A stretch of DNA of 64,000 nt from Azolla caroliniana (Eukaryota; Plantae; Polypodiophyta), in the NCBI GenBank assembly GCA_043228905.1, contig JBHGNT010000143.1, positions 3,451-67,450 on the forward strand, in the 5' to 3' direction. Position numbers and translations under genes: made by a program. Positions within the stretch are counted from its first letter, which is position 1. Every line of letters begins with the position of its first letter. Positions 26,524 to 39,200 of this stretch are shown one piece after another. The notes beneath the pieces are model-generated. The model had not been told where the DNA came from. It saw only the letters and a program-made list of their open reading frames with translations, and searched no databases.

Positions 26524-29500
26524 GACCTGAGTTTCAAAATCTTGATTTTTTAATTCCATATCATAGCTAGCGTTGTTTGCTTCGATTTGCATGATTGAAC
26601 ACAAAAATCCGATATCACACGAGCCAGGTATGAACATTTTCATTTACCTACTAGCTCTTCTCAACTCCCTCCTCAAGTTTGCTATTTTCCTCATGTCTCT
26701 CGACCTGAGTTTCAAAATCTTGATTTTTTAATTCCATATCATAGCTAGCGTTGCTAGCTTCGATTTGCATGGTTGAACACAAAAATCCTATATCACACGA
26801 GCCAGGTATGAACATTTTAATTTACTCAAGGGCTCCTCTCAACTCCCTCCTCAAGTTTGCTATTTTCGTCATGTCTCTCGACCTGAGTTTCAAAATCTTG
26901 ATTTTTTATTTCCATATCATAGGTAGCGTTGTTAGCTTCGATTCGCATGTTTGAACACAAGAATCCGATATCACACGAGCCAGGTATGAACATTTTAATT
27001 TACCTACTAGCTCTTCTCAACTCCCTCCTCAAGTTTGCTATTTTCGTCATGTCTCTCGACCTGAGTTTCAAAATCTTGATTTTTTAATTCCATATCATAG
27101 CTAGCGTTGTTTGCTTCGATTTGCATGATTGAACACAAAAATCCGATATCACACGAGCCCGGTATGAACATTTTAATTTACCTACTAGCTCTTCTCAACT
27201 CCCTCCTCAAGTTTGCTATTTTCGTCATGTCTCTCGACCTGAGTTTCAAAATCTTGATTTTTTAATTCCATATCATAGCTAGCGTTGCTAGCTTCGATTT
27301 GCATGATTGAACACAAAAATCCGATATCACACAAGCCCGGTATGAACATTTTAATTTACCTACTAGCTCTTCTCAACTCCCTCCTCAGGTTTGCTATTTT
27401 CGTCATGTCTCTCGACCTGAGTTTCAAAATCTTGTTTTTTTAATTCCATATCATAGCTAGCGTTGTTAGCTTCGATTTGCATGATTGAACACAGAAATCC
27501 GATATCACACGAGCCAGGTATGAACATTTTCATTTACCTACTAGCTCTTCTCAACTCCCTCCTCAAGTTTGCTATTTTCGTCATGTCTCTGGACCTGAGT
27601 TTCAAAATCTTGATTTTTTAATTCTATATCATAGCTAGCGTTGCTAGCTTCGATTTGCATGGTTGAACACAAAAATCCGATATCACACGAGCCAGGTATG
27701 AACATTTTAATTTACCTACTAGCTCTTCTCAACTCCCTCCTCAAGTTTGCTATTTTCGTCATGTCTCTCGACCTGAGTTTCAAAATCCTGATTTTTTAAT
27801 TCCATATCATAGCTAGCGTTGCTAGCTTCGATTTGCATGGTTGAACACAAAAATCCGATATCACACGAGCCAGGTATGAACATTTTAATTTACCTACTAG
27901 CTCTTCTCAACTCCCTCCTCAAGTTTGCTATTTTCGTCATGTCTCTCGACCTGAGTTTCAAAATCCTGATTTTTTAATTCCATATCATAGCTAGCGTTGC
28001 TAGCTTCGATTTGCATGGTTGAACACAAAAATCCGATATCACACGAGCCAGGTATGAACATTTTAATTTACCTACTAGCTCTTCTCAACTCCCTCCTCAA
28101 GTTTGCTATTTTCGTCATGTCTCTCGACCTGAGTTTCAAAATCTTCTTTTTTTAATTCCATATCATAGCTAGCGTTGTTTGCTTCGATTTGCATGATTGA
28201 ACACAAAAATCCGATATCACACGAGCCGGGTATGAACATTTTAATTTACCTACTAGCTCTTCTCAACTCCCTCCTCAAGTTTGCTATTTTCGTCATGTCT
28301 CTCGACCTGAGTTTCAAAATCTTGATTTTTTAATTCCATATCATAGCTAGCGTTGTTTGCTTCGATTTGCATGATTGAACACAAAAATCCGATATCACAC
28401 GAGCCAGGTATGAACATTTTCATTTACCTACTAGCTCTTCTCAACTCCCTCCTCAAGTTTGCTATTTTCCTCATGTCTCTCGACCTGAGTTTCAAAATCT
28501 TGATTTTTTAATTCCATATCATAGCTAGCGTTGCTAGCTTCGATTTGCATGGTTGAACACAAAAATCCTATATCACACGAGCCAGGTATGAACATTTTAA
28601 TTTACTCAAGGGCTCCTCTCAACTCCCTCCTCAAGTTTGCTATTTTCGTCATGTCTCTCGACCTGAGTTTCAAAATCTTGATTTTTTATTTCCATATCAT
28701 AGGTAGCGTTGTTAGCTTCGATTCGCATGTTTGAACACAAGAATCCGATATCACACGAGCCAGGTATGAACATTTTAATTTACCTACTAGCTCTTCTCAA
28801 CTACCTCCTCAAGTTTGCTATTTTCGTCATGTCTCTCGACCTGAGTTTCAAAATCTTGATTTTTTAATTCCATATCATAGGTAGTGTCGCCAGCTTCGAA
28901 TCGCATGTTTGAACACAAGAATCCGATATCACACGAGCCAGGTATGAACATTTTAATTTTGTCAAGGGCTCCTCTCAACTCCCTCCTCAAGTTTGCTATT
29001 TTCGTCATGTCTCTCGACCTGAGTTTCAAAATCTTGATTTTTTAATTCCATATCATAGCTAGCGTTGTTAGCTTCGATTCGCATGTTTTAACACAAAAAT
29101 CCGATATGACACGAGCCAGGTATGAACATTTTAATTTACCTACTACCTCTTCTCAACTCACTCCTCAAATTTGGTAATTTCGTCATGTCTCTCGACCTGA
29201 GTTTCAAAATCTTGATTTTTTAATTCCATATCATAGGTAGCGTCGCTAGCTTCGATTCACATGTTTGAACACAAAAATCCGATATCACACGAGCCAGGTA
29301 TGAACATTTTAATTTACTCAAGGGCTCCTCTCAACTCCCTCCTCAAGTTTGCTATTTTCGTCATGTCTCTCGACCTGAGTTTCAAAATCTTGATTTTTTA
29401 ATTCTATATCATAGGTAGCGTTGTTAGCTTCGATTCGCATGTTTGAACACAAGAATCCGATATCACACGAGCCAGGTATGAACATTTTAATTTACTCAAG

Positions 29501-32500
29501 GGCTCCTCTCAACTCCCTCCTCAAGTTTGCTATTTTCGTCATGTCTCTCGACCTGAGTTTCAAAATCTTGTTTTTTTAATTCCATATCATAGGTAGCGTT
29601 GTTAGCTTCGATTTGCATGATTGAACACAGAAATCCGATATCACACGAGCCAGGTATGAACATTTTCATTTACCTACTAGCTCTTCTCAACTCCCTCCTC
29701 AAGTTTGCTATTTTCGTCATGTCTCTCGACCTGAGTTTCAAAATCTTGATTTTTTAATTCCATATCATAGGTAGCGTCGCCAGCTTCGATTCGCATGTTT
29801 GAACACAAAAATCCGATATCACACGAGCCAGGTATGAACATTTTAATTTACTCAAGGGCTCCTCTCAACTCCCTCCTCAAGTTTGCTATTTTCGTCATGT
29901 CTCTCGACCTGAGTTTCAAAATCTTGATTTTTTAATTCCATATCATAGCTAGCGTTGCTAGCTTCGATTTGCATGGTTGAACACAAAAATCCGATATCAC
30001 ACGAGCCAGGTATGAACATTTTAATTTACTCAAGGGCTCCTCTCAACTCCCTCCTCAAGTTTGCTATTTTCGTCATGTCTCTCGACCTGAGTTTGAAAAT
30101 CTTGATTTTTTAATTCCATATCATAGGTAGCGTTGTTAGCTTCGATTCGCATGTTTGAACACAAGAATCCGATATCACACGAGCCAGGTATGAACATTTT
30201 AATTTACTCAAGGGCTCCTCTCAACTCCCTTCTCAAGTTTGCTATTTTCGTCATGTCTCTCGACCTGAGTTTCAAAATCTTGATTTTTTAATTCCATATC
30301 ATAGCTAGCGTTGTTTGCTTCGATTTGCATGATTGAACACAAAAATACGATATCACACGAGCCCGGTATGAACATTTTAATTTACCTACTAGCTCTTCTC
30401 AACTCCCTCCTCAAGTTTGCTATTTTCGTCATGTCTCTCGACCTGAGTTTCAAAATCTTGTTTTTTTAATTCCATATCATAGCTAGCGTTGTTAGCTTCG
30501 ATTTGCATGATTGAACACAAAAATCCGATATCACACGAGCCAGGTATGAACATTTTAATTTACCTACTAGCTCTTCTCAACTCCCTCCTCAAGTTTGCTA
30601 TTTTCGTCATGTCTCTCGACCTGAGTTTCAAAATCCTGATTTTTTAATTCCATATCATAGCTAGCGTTGCTAGCTTCGATTTGCATGGTTGAACAGAAAA
30701 ATCCGATATCACACGAGCCAGGTATGAACATTTTAATTTACTCAAGGGCTCCTCTCAACTCCCTCCTCAAGTTTGCTATTTTCGTCATGTCTCTCGACCT
30801 GAGTTTCAAAATCTTGATTTTTTAATTCCATATCATAGCTAGCGTTGTTTGCTTCGATTTGCATGATTGAACACAGAAATCCGATATCACACGAGCCAGG
30901 TATGAACATTTTAATTTACCTACTAGCTCTTCTCAACTCCCTCCTCAAGTTTGCTATTTTCGTCATGTCTCTCGACCTGAGTTTCAAAATCTTGATTTTT
31001 TAATTCTATATCATAGCTAGCGTTGCTAGCTTCGATTTGCATGGTTGAACACAAAAATCCGATATCACACGAGCCAGGTATGAACATTTTAATTTACCTA
31101 CTAGCTCTTCTCAACTCCCTCCTCAAGTTTGCTATTTTCGTCATGTCTCTCGACCTGAGTTTCAAAATCCTGATTTTTTAATTCCATATCATAGCTAGCG
31201 TTGCTAGCTTCGATTTGCATGGTTGAACACAAAAATCCGATATCACACGAGCCAGGTATGAACATTTTAATTTACCTACTAGCTCTTCTCAACTCCCTCC
31301 TCAAGTTTGCTATTTTCGTCATGTCTCTCGACCTGAGTTTCAAAATCCTGATTTTTTAATTCCATATCATAGCTAGCGTTGCTAGCTTCGATTTGCATGG
31401 TTGAACACAAAAATCCGATATCACACGAGCCAGGTATGAACATTTTAATTTACCTACTAGCTCTTCTCAACTCCCTCCTCAAGTTTGCTATTTTCGTCAT
31501 GTCTCTCGACCTGAGTTTCAAAATCTTCTTTTTTTAATTCCATATCATAGCTAGCGTTGTTTGCTTCGATTTGCATGATTGAACACAAAAATCCGATATC
31601 ACACGAGCCGGGTATGAACATTTTAATTTACCTACTAGCTCTTCTCAACTCCCTCCTCAAGTTTGCTATTTTCGTCATGTCTCTCGACCTGAGTTTCAAA
31701 ATCTTGATTTTTTAATTCCATATCATAGCTAGCGTTGTTTGCTTCGATTTGCATGATTGAACACAAAAATCCGATATCACACGAGCCAGGTATGAACATT
31801 TTCATTTACCTACTAGCTCTTCTCAACTCCCTCCTCAAGTTTGCTATTTTCCTCATGTCTCTCGACCTGAGTTTCAAAATCTTGATTTTTTAATTCCATA
31901 TCATAGCTAGCGTTGCTAGCTTCGATTTGCATGGTTGAACACAAAAATCCTATATCACACGAGCCAGGTATGAACATTTTAATTTACTCAAGGGCTCCTC
32001 TCAACTCCCTCCTCAAGTTTGCTATTTTCGTCATGTCTCTCGACCTGAGTTTCAAAATCTTGATTTTTTATTTCCATATCATAGGTAGCGTTGTTAGCTT
32101 CGATTCGCATGTTTGAACACAAGAATCCGATATCACACGAGCCAGGTATGAACATTTTAATTTACCTACTAGCTCTTCTCAACTCCCTCCTCAAGTTTGC
32201 TATTTTCGTCATGTCTCTCGACCTGAGTTTCAAAATCTTGATTTTTTAATTCCATATCATAGCTAGCGTTGTTTGCTTCGATTTGCATGATTGAACACAA
32301 AAATCCGATATCACACGAGCCCGGTATGAACATTTTAATTTACCTACTAGCTCTTCTCAACTCCCTCCTCAAGTTTGCTATTTTCGTCATGTCTCTCGAC
32401 CTGAGTTTCAAAATCTTGATTTTTTAATTCCATATCATAGCTAGCGTTGCTAGCTTCGATTTGCATGATTGAACACAAAAATCCGATATCACACAAGCCC

Positions 32501-35500
32501 GGTATGAACATTTTAATTTACCTACTAGCTCTTCTCAACTCCCTCCTCAGGTTTGCTATTTTCGTCATGTCTCTCGACCTGAGTTTCAAAATCTTGTTTT
32601 TTTAATTCCATATCATAGCTAGCGTTGTTAGCTTCGATTTGCATGATTGAACACAGAAATCCGATATCACACGAGCCAGGTATGAACATTTTCATTTACC
32701 TACTAGCTCTTCTCAACTCCCTCCTCAAGTTTGCTATTTTCGTCATGTCTCTGGACCTGAGTTTCAAAATCTTGATTTTTTAATTCTATATCATAGCTAG
32801 CGTTGCTAGCTTCGATTTGCATGGTTGAACACAAAAATCCGATATCACACGAGCCAGGTATGAACATTTTAATTTACCTACTAGCTCTTCTCAACTCCCT
32901 CCTCAAGTTTGCTATTTTCGTCATGTCTCTCGACCTGAGTTTCAAAATCCTGATTTTTTAATTCCATATCATAGCTAGCGTTGCTAGCTTCGATTTGCAT
33001 GGTTGAACACAAAAATCCGATATCACACGAGCCAGGTATGAACATTTTAATTTACCTACTAGCTCTTCTCAACTCCCTCCTCAAGTTTGCTATTTTCGTC
33101 ATGTCTCTCGACCTGAGTTTCAAAATCCTGATTTTTTAATTCCATATCATAGCTAGCGTTGCTAGCTTCGATTTGCATGGTTGAACACAAAAATCCGATA
33201 TCACACGAGCCAGGTATGAACATTTTAATTTACCTACTAGCTCTTCTCAACTCCCTCCTCAAGTTTGCTATTTTCGTCATGTCTCTCGACCTGAGTTTCA
33301 AAATCTTCTTTTTTTAATTCCATATCATAGCTAGCGTTGTTTGCTTCGATTTGCATGATTGAACACAAAAATCCGATATCACACGAGCCGGGTATGAACA
33401 TTTTAATTTACCTACTAGCTCTTCTCAACTCCCTCCTCAAGTTTGCTATTTTCGTCATGTCTCTCGACCTGAGTTTCAAAATCTTGATTTTTTAATTCCA
33501 TATCATAGCTAGCGTTGTTTGCTTCGATTTGCATGATTGAACACAAAAATCCGATATCACACGAGCCAGGTATGAACATTTTCATTTACCTACTAGCTCT
33601 TCTCAACTCCCTCCTCAAGTTTGCTATTTTCCTCATGTCTCTCGACCTGAGTTTCAAAATCTTGATTTTTTAATTCCATATCATAGCTAGCGTTGCTAGC
33701 TTCGATTTGCATGGTTGAACACAAAAATCCTATATCACACGAGCCAGGTATGAACATTTTAATTTACTCAAGGGCTCCTCTCAACTCCCTCCTCAAGTTT
33801 GCTATTTTCGTCATGTCTCTCGACCTGAGTTTCAAAATCTTGATTTTTTATTTCCATATCATAGGTAGCGTTGTTAGCTTCGATTCGCATGTTTGAACAC
33901 AAGAATCCGATATCACACGAGCCAGGTATGAACATTTTAATTTACCTACTAGCTCTTGTCAACTACCTCCTCAAGTTTGCTATTTTCGTCATGTCTCTCG
34001 ACCTGAGTTTCAAAATCTTGATTTTTTAATTCCATATCATAGGTAGTGTCGCCAGCTTCGAATCGCATGTTTGAACACAAGAATCCGATATCACACGAGC
34101 CAGGTATGAACATTTTAATTTTGTCAAGGGCTCCTCTCAACTCCCTCCTCAAGTTTGCTATTTTCGTCATGTCTCTCGACCTGAGTTTCAAAATCTTGAT
34201 TTTTTAATTCCATATCATAGCTAGCGTTGTTAGCTTCGATTCGCATGTTTTAACACAAAAATCCGATATGACACGAGCCAGGTATGAACATTTTAATTTA
34301 CCTACTACCTCTTCTCAACTCACTCCTCAAATTTGGTAATTTCGTCATGTCTCTCGACCTGAGTTTCAAAATCTTGATTTTTTAATTCCATATCATAGGT
34401 AGCGTCGCTAGCTTCGATTCACATGTTTGAACACAAAAATCCGATATCACACGAGCCAGGTATGAACATTTTAATTTACTCAAGGGCTCCTCTCAACTCC
34501 CTCCTCAAGTTTGCTATTTTCGTCATGTCTCTCGACCTGAGTTTCAAAATCTTGATTTTTTAATTCTATATCATAGGTAGCGTTGTTAGCTTCGATTCGC
34601 ATGTTTGAACACAAGAATCCGATATCACACGAGCCAGGTATGAACATTTTAATTTACTCAAGGGCTCCTCTCAACTCCCTCCTCAAGTTTGCTATTTTCG
34701 TCATGTCTCTCGACCTGAGTTTCAAAATCTTGTTTTTTTAATTCCATATCATAGGTAGCGTTGTTAGCTTCGATTTGCATGATTGAACACAGAAATCCGA
34801 TATCACACGAGCCAGGTATGAACATTTTCATTTACCTACTAGCTCTTCTCAACTCCCTCCTCAAGTTTGCTATTTTCGTCATGTCTCTCGACCTGAGTTT
34901 CAAAATCTTGATTTTTTAATTCCATATCATAGGTAGCGTCGCCAGCTTCGATTCGCATGTTTGAACACAAAAATCCGATATCACACGAGCCAGGTATGAA
35001 CATTTTAATTTACTCAAGGGCTCCTCTCAACTCCCTCCTCAAGTTTGCTATTTTCGTCATGTCTCTCGACCTGAGTTTCAAAATCTTGATTTTTTAATTC
35101 CATATCATAGCTAGCGTTGCTAGCTTCGATTTGCATGGTTGAACACAAAAATCCGATATCACACGAGCCAGGTATGAACATTTTAATTTACTCAAGGGCT
35201 CCTCTCAACTCCCTCCTCAAGTTTGCTATTTTCGTCATGTCTCTCGACCTGAGTTTGAAAATCTTGATTTTTTAATTCCATATCATAGGTAGCGTTGTTA
35301 GCTTCGATTCGCATGTTTGAACACAAGAATCCGATATCACACGAGCCAGGTATGAACATTTTAATTTACTCAAGGGCTCCTCTCAACTCCCTTCTCAAGT
35401 TTGCTATTTTCGTCATGTCTCTCGACCTGAGTTTCAAAATCTTGATTTTTTAATTCCATATCATAGCTAGCGTTGTTTGCTTCGATTTGCATGATTGAAC

Positions 35501-36037
35501 ACAAAAATACGATATCACACGAGCCCGGTATGAACATTTTAATTTACCTACTAGCTCTTCTCAACTCCCTCCTCAAGTTTGCTATTTTCGTCATGTCTCT
35601 CGACCTGAGTTTCAAAATCTTGTTTTTTTAATTCCATATCATAGCTAGCGTTGTTAGCTTCGATTTGCATGATTGAACACAAAAATCCGATATCACACGA
35701 GCCAGGTATGAACATTTTAATTTACCTACTAGCTCTTCTCAACTCCCTCCTCAAGTTTGCTATTTTCGTCATGTCTCTCGACCTGAGTTTCAAAATCCTG
35801 ATTTTTTAATTCCATATCATAGCTAGCGTTGCTAGCTTCGATTTGCATGGTTGAACAGAAAAATCCGATATCACACGAGCCAGGTATGAACATTTTAATT
35901 TACTCAAGGGCTCCTCTCAACTCCCTCCTCAAGTTTGCTATTTTCGTCATGTCTCTCGACCTGAGTTTCAAAATCTTGATTTTTTAATTCCATATCATAG
36001 CTAGCGTTGTTTGCTTCGATTTGCATGATTGAACACA
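25689..36037. repeat. Tandem duplication of 29 monomers (2 x 5162 bp), each copy containing a partial 10-monomer (1780 bp) repeat
   Basis: Rare variants (ATCCTATAT, TTTATTTCC, GTGTCGCC, TTGTCAAGG, ATTCACATG) recur at +5162. The ORF track mirrors this (26751/31913, 28531/33693, 28787/33949; 26751/28531 differ by 1780). Confidence 0.92.
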
Positions 36038-36209
36038 AAAATCCGATATCACACGAGCCAGGTATGAACATTTTAATTTACCTACTAGCTCTTCTCAACT
36101 CCCTCCTCAAGTTTGCTATTTTCGTCATGTCTCTCGACCTGAGTTTCAAAATCTTGATTTTTTAATTCCATATCATAGCTAGCGTTGTTTGCTTCGATTT
36201 GCATGATTG

Positions 36210-39200
36210 AACACAAAAATCCGATATCACACGAGCCAGGTATGAACATTTTAATTTACCTACTAGCTCTTCTCAACTCCCTCCTCAAGTTTGCTATTTT
36301 CGTCATGTCTCTCGACCTGAGTTTCAAAATCTTGATTTTTTAATTCCATATCATAGCTAGCGTTGTTTGCTTCGATTGGCATGATTGAACACAAAAATCC
36401 GATATCACACGAGCCCGGTATGAACATTTTAATTTACCTACTAGCTCTTCTCAACTCCCTCCTCAAGTTTGCTATTTTCGTCATGTCTCTCGACCTGAGT
36501 TTCAAAATCTTGATTTTTTAATTCCATATCATAGGTAGCGTTGTTAGCTTCGATTCGCATGTTTGAACACAAAAATCTGATATCACACGAGCTAGGTATG
36601 AACATTTTTATTTACCTACTAGCTCTTCTCAACTCAGTCCTCAAGTTTGCTATTTTCGTCATGTCTCTCGATCTGAGTTTCAAAATCTTGATTTTTTAAT
36701 TCCATATCATAGCTAGCGTTGCTAGCTTCGATTTGCATGATTGAACACAAACATCCGATATCACACGAGCCCGGTATGAACATTTTAATTTACCTACTAG
36801 CTCTTCTCAACTCCCTCCTCAGGTTTGCTATTTTCGTCATGTCTCTCGACCTGAGTTTCAAAATCTTGTTTTTTTAATTCCATATCATAGGTAGCGTTGT
36901 TAGCTTCGATTTGCATGATTGAACACAGAAATCCGATATCACACGAGCCAGGTATGAACATTTTAATTTACCTACTAGCTCTTCTCAACTCCCTCCTCAA
37001 GTTTGCTATTTTCGTCATGTCTCTCGACCTGAGTTTCAAAATCTTGATTTTTTAATTCCATATCATAGCTAGCGTTGCTAGCTTCGATTTGCATGGTTGA
37101 ACACAAAAATCCGATATCACACGAGCCAGGTATGAACATTTTAATTTACCTACTAGCTCTTCTCAACTCCCTCCTCAAGTTTGCTATTTTCGTCATGTCT
37201 CTCGACCTGAGTTTCAAAATCCTGATTTTTTAATTCCATATCATAGCTAGCGTTGCTAGCTTCGATTTGCATGGTTGAACACAAAAATCCGATATCACAC
37301 GAGCCAGGTATGAACATTTTAATTTACCTACTAGCTCTTCTCAACTCCCTCCTCAAGTTTGCTATTTTCGTCATGTCTCTCGACCTGAGTTTCAAAATCC
37401 TGATTTTTTAATTCCATATCATAGCTAGCGTTGCTAGCTTCGATTTGCATGGTTGAACACAAAAATCCGATATCACACGAGCCAGGTATGAACATTTTAA
37501 TTTACCTACTAGCTCTTCTCAACTCCCTCCTCAAGTTTGCTATTTTCGTCATGTCTCTCGACCTGAGTTTCAAAATCTTCTTTTTTTAATTCCATATCAT
37601 AGCTAGCGTTGTTTGCTTCGATTTGCATGATTGAACACAAAAATCCGATATCACACGAGCCAGGTATGAACATTTTAATTTACCTACTAGCTCTTCTCAA
37701 CTCCCTCCTCAAGTTTGCTATTTTCGTCATGTCTCTCGACCTGAGTTTCAAAATCTTGATTTTTTAATTCCATATCATAGCTAGCGTTGTTTGCTTCGAT
37801 TTGCATGATTGAACACAAAAATCCGATATCACACGAGCCAGGTATGAACATTTTCATTTACCTACTAGCTCTTCTCAACTCCCTCCTCAAGTTTGCTATT
37901 TTCCTCATGTCTCTCGACCTGAGTTTCAAAATCTTGATTTTTTAATTCCATATCATAGCTAGCGTTGCTAGCTTCGATTTGCATGATTGAACACAAAAAT
38001 CCGATATCACACGAGCCAGGTATGAACATTTTAATTTACCTACTAGCTCTTCTCAACTCCCTCCTCAAGTTTGCTATTTTCGTCATGTCTCTCGACCTGA
38101 GTTTCAAAATCTTGATTTTTTAATTCCATATCATAGCTAGCGTTGTTTGCTTCGATTGGCATGATTGAACACAAAAATCCGATATCACACGAGCCCGGTA
38201 TGAACATTTTAATTTACCTACTAGCTCTTCTCAACTACCTCCTCAAGTTTGCTATTTTCGTCATGTCTCTCGACCTGAGTTTCAAAATCTTGATTTTTTA
38301 ATTCCATATCATAGGTAGTGTCGCCAGCTTCGAATCGCATGTTTGAACACAAGAATCCGATATCACACGAGCCAGGTATGAACATTTTAATTTACTCAAG
38401 GGCTCCTCTCAACTCCCTCCTCAAGTTTGCTATTTTCGTCATGTCTCTCGACCTGAGTTTCAAAATCTTGATTTTTTAATTCCATATCATAGCTAGCGTT
38501 GTTAGCTTAGATTCGCATGTTTTAACACAAAAATCCGATATCACACGAGCCAGGTATGAACATTTTAATTTACTCAAGGGCTCCTCTCAACTCCTTCCTC
38601 AAGTTTGCTATTTTCGTCATGTCTCTCGACCTGAGTTTCAAAATCTTGATTTTTTAATTCCATATCATAGGTAGCGTTGTTAGCTTCGATTCGCATGTTT
38701 GAACACAGGTCGAGATGACACGAGCCAGGTATGAACATTTTAATTTACCTACTACCTCTTCTCAACTCACTCCTCAAATTTGGTAATTTCGTCATGTCTC
38801 TCGACCTGAGTTTCAAATTCTTGATTTTTTAATTCCATATCATAGCTAGCGTTGTTAGCTTCGATTCGCATGTTTGACAACAAAACTCCGATATCACACG
38901 AGCCGCAGGTATGAACATTTTAATTTACTCAAGGGCGCCTCTCAACTCACTCCTCAAATTTGGTAATTTCGTCATGTCTCTCGACCTGAGTTTCAAAATC
39001 TTGATTTTTTAATTCCATATCATAGGTAGCGTTGTTAGCTTCGATTCGCATGTTTGAACACAAAAATCCGATATCACACGAGCCAGGTATGAACATTTTA
39101 ATTTACCTACTAGCTCTTCTCAACTCCCTCCTCAAGTTTGCTATTTTCGTCATGTCTCTCGACCTGAGTTTCAAAATCTTGATTTTTTAATTCCATATCA

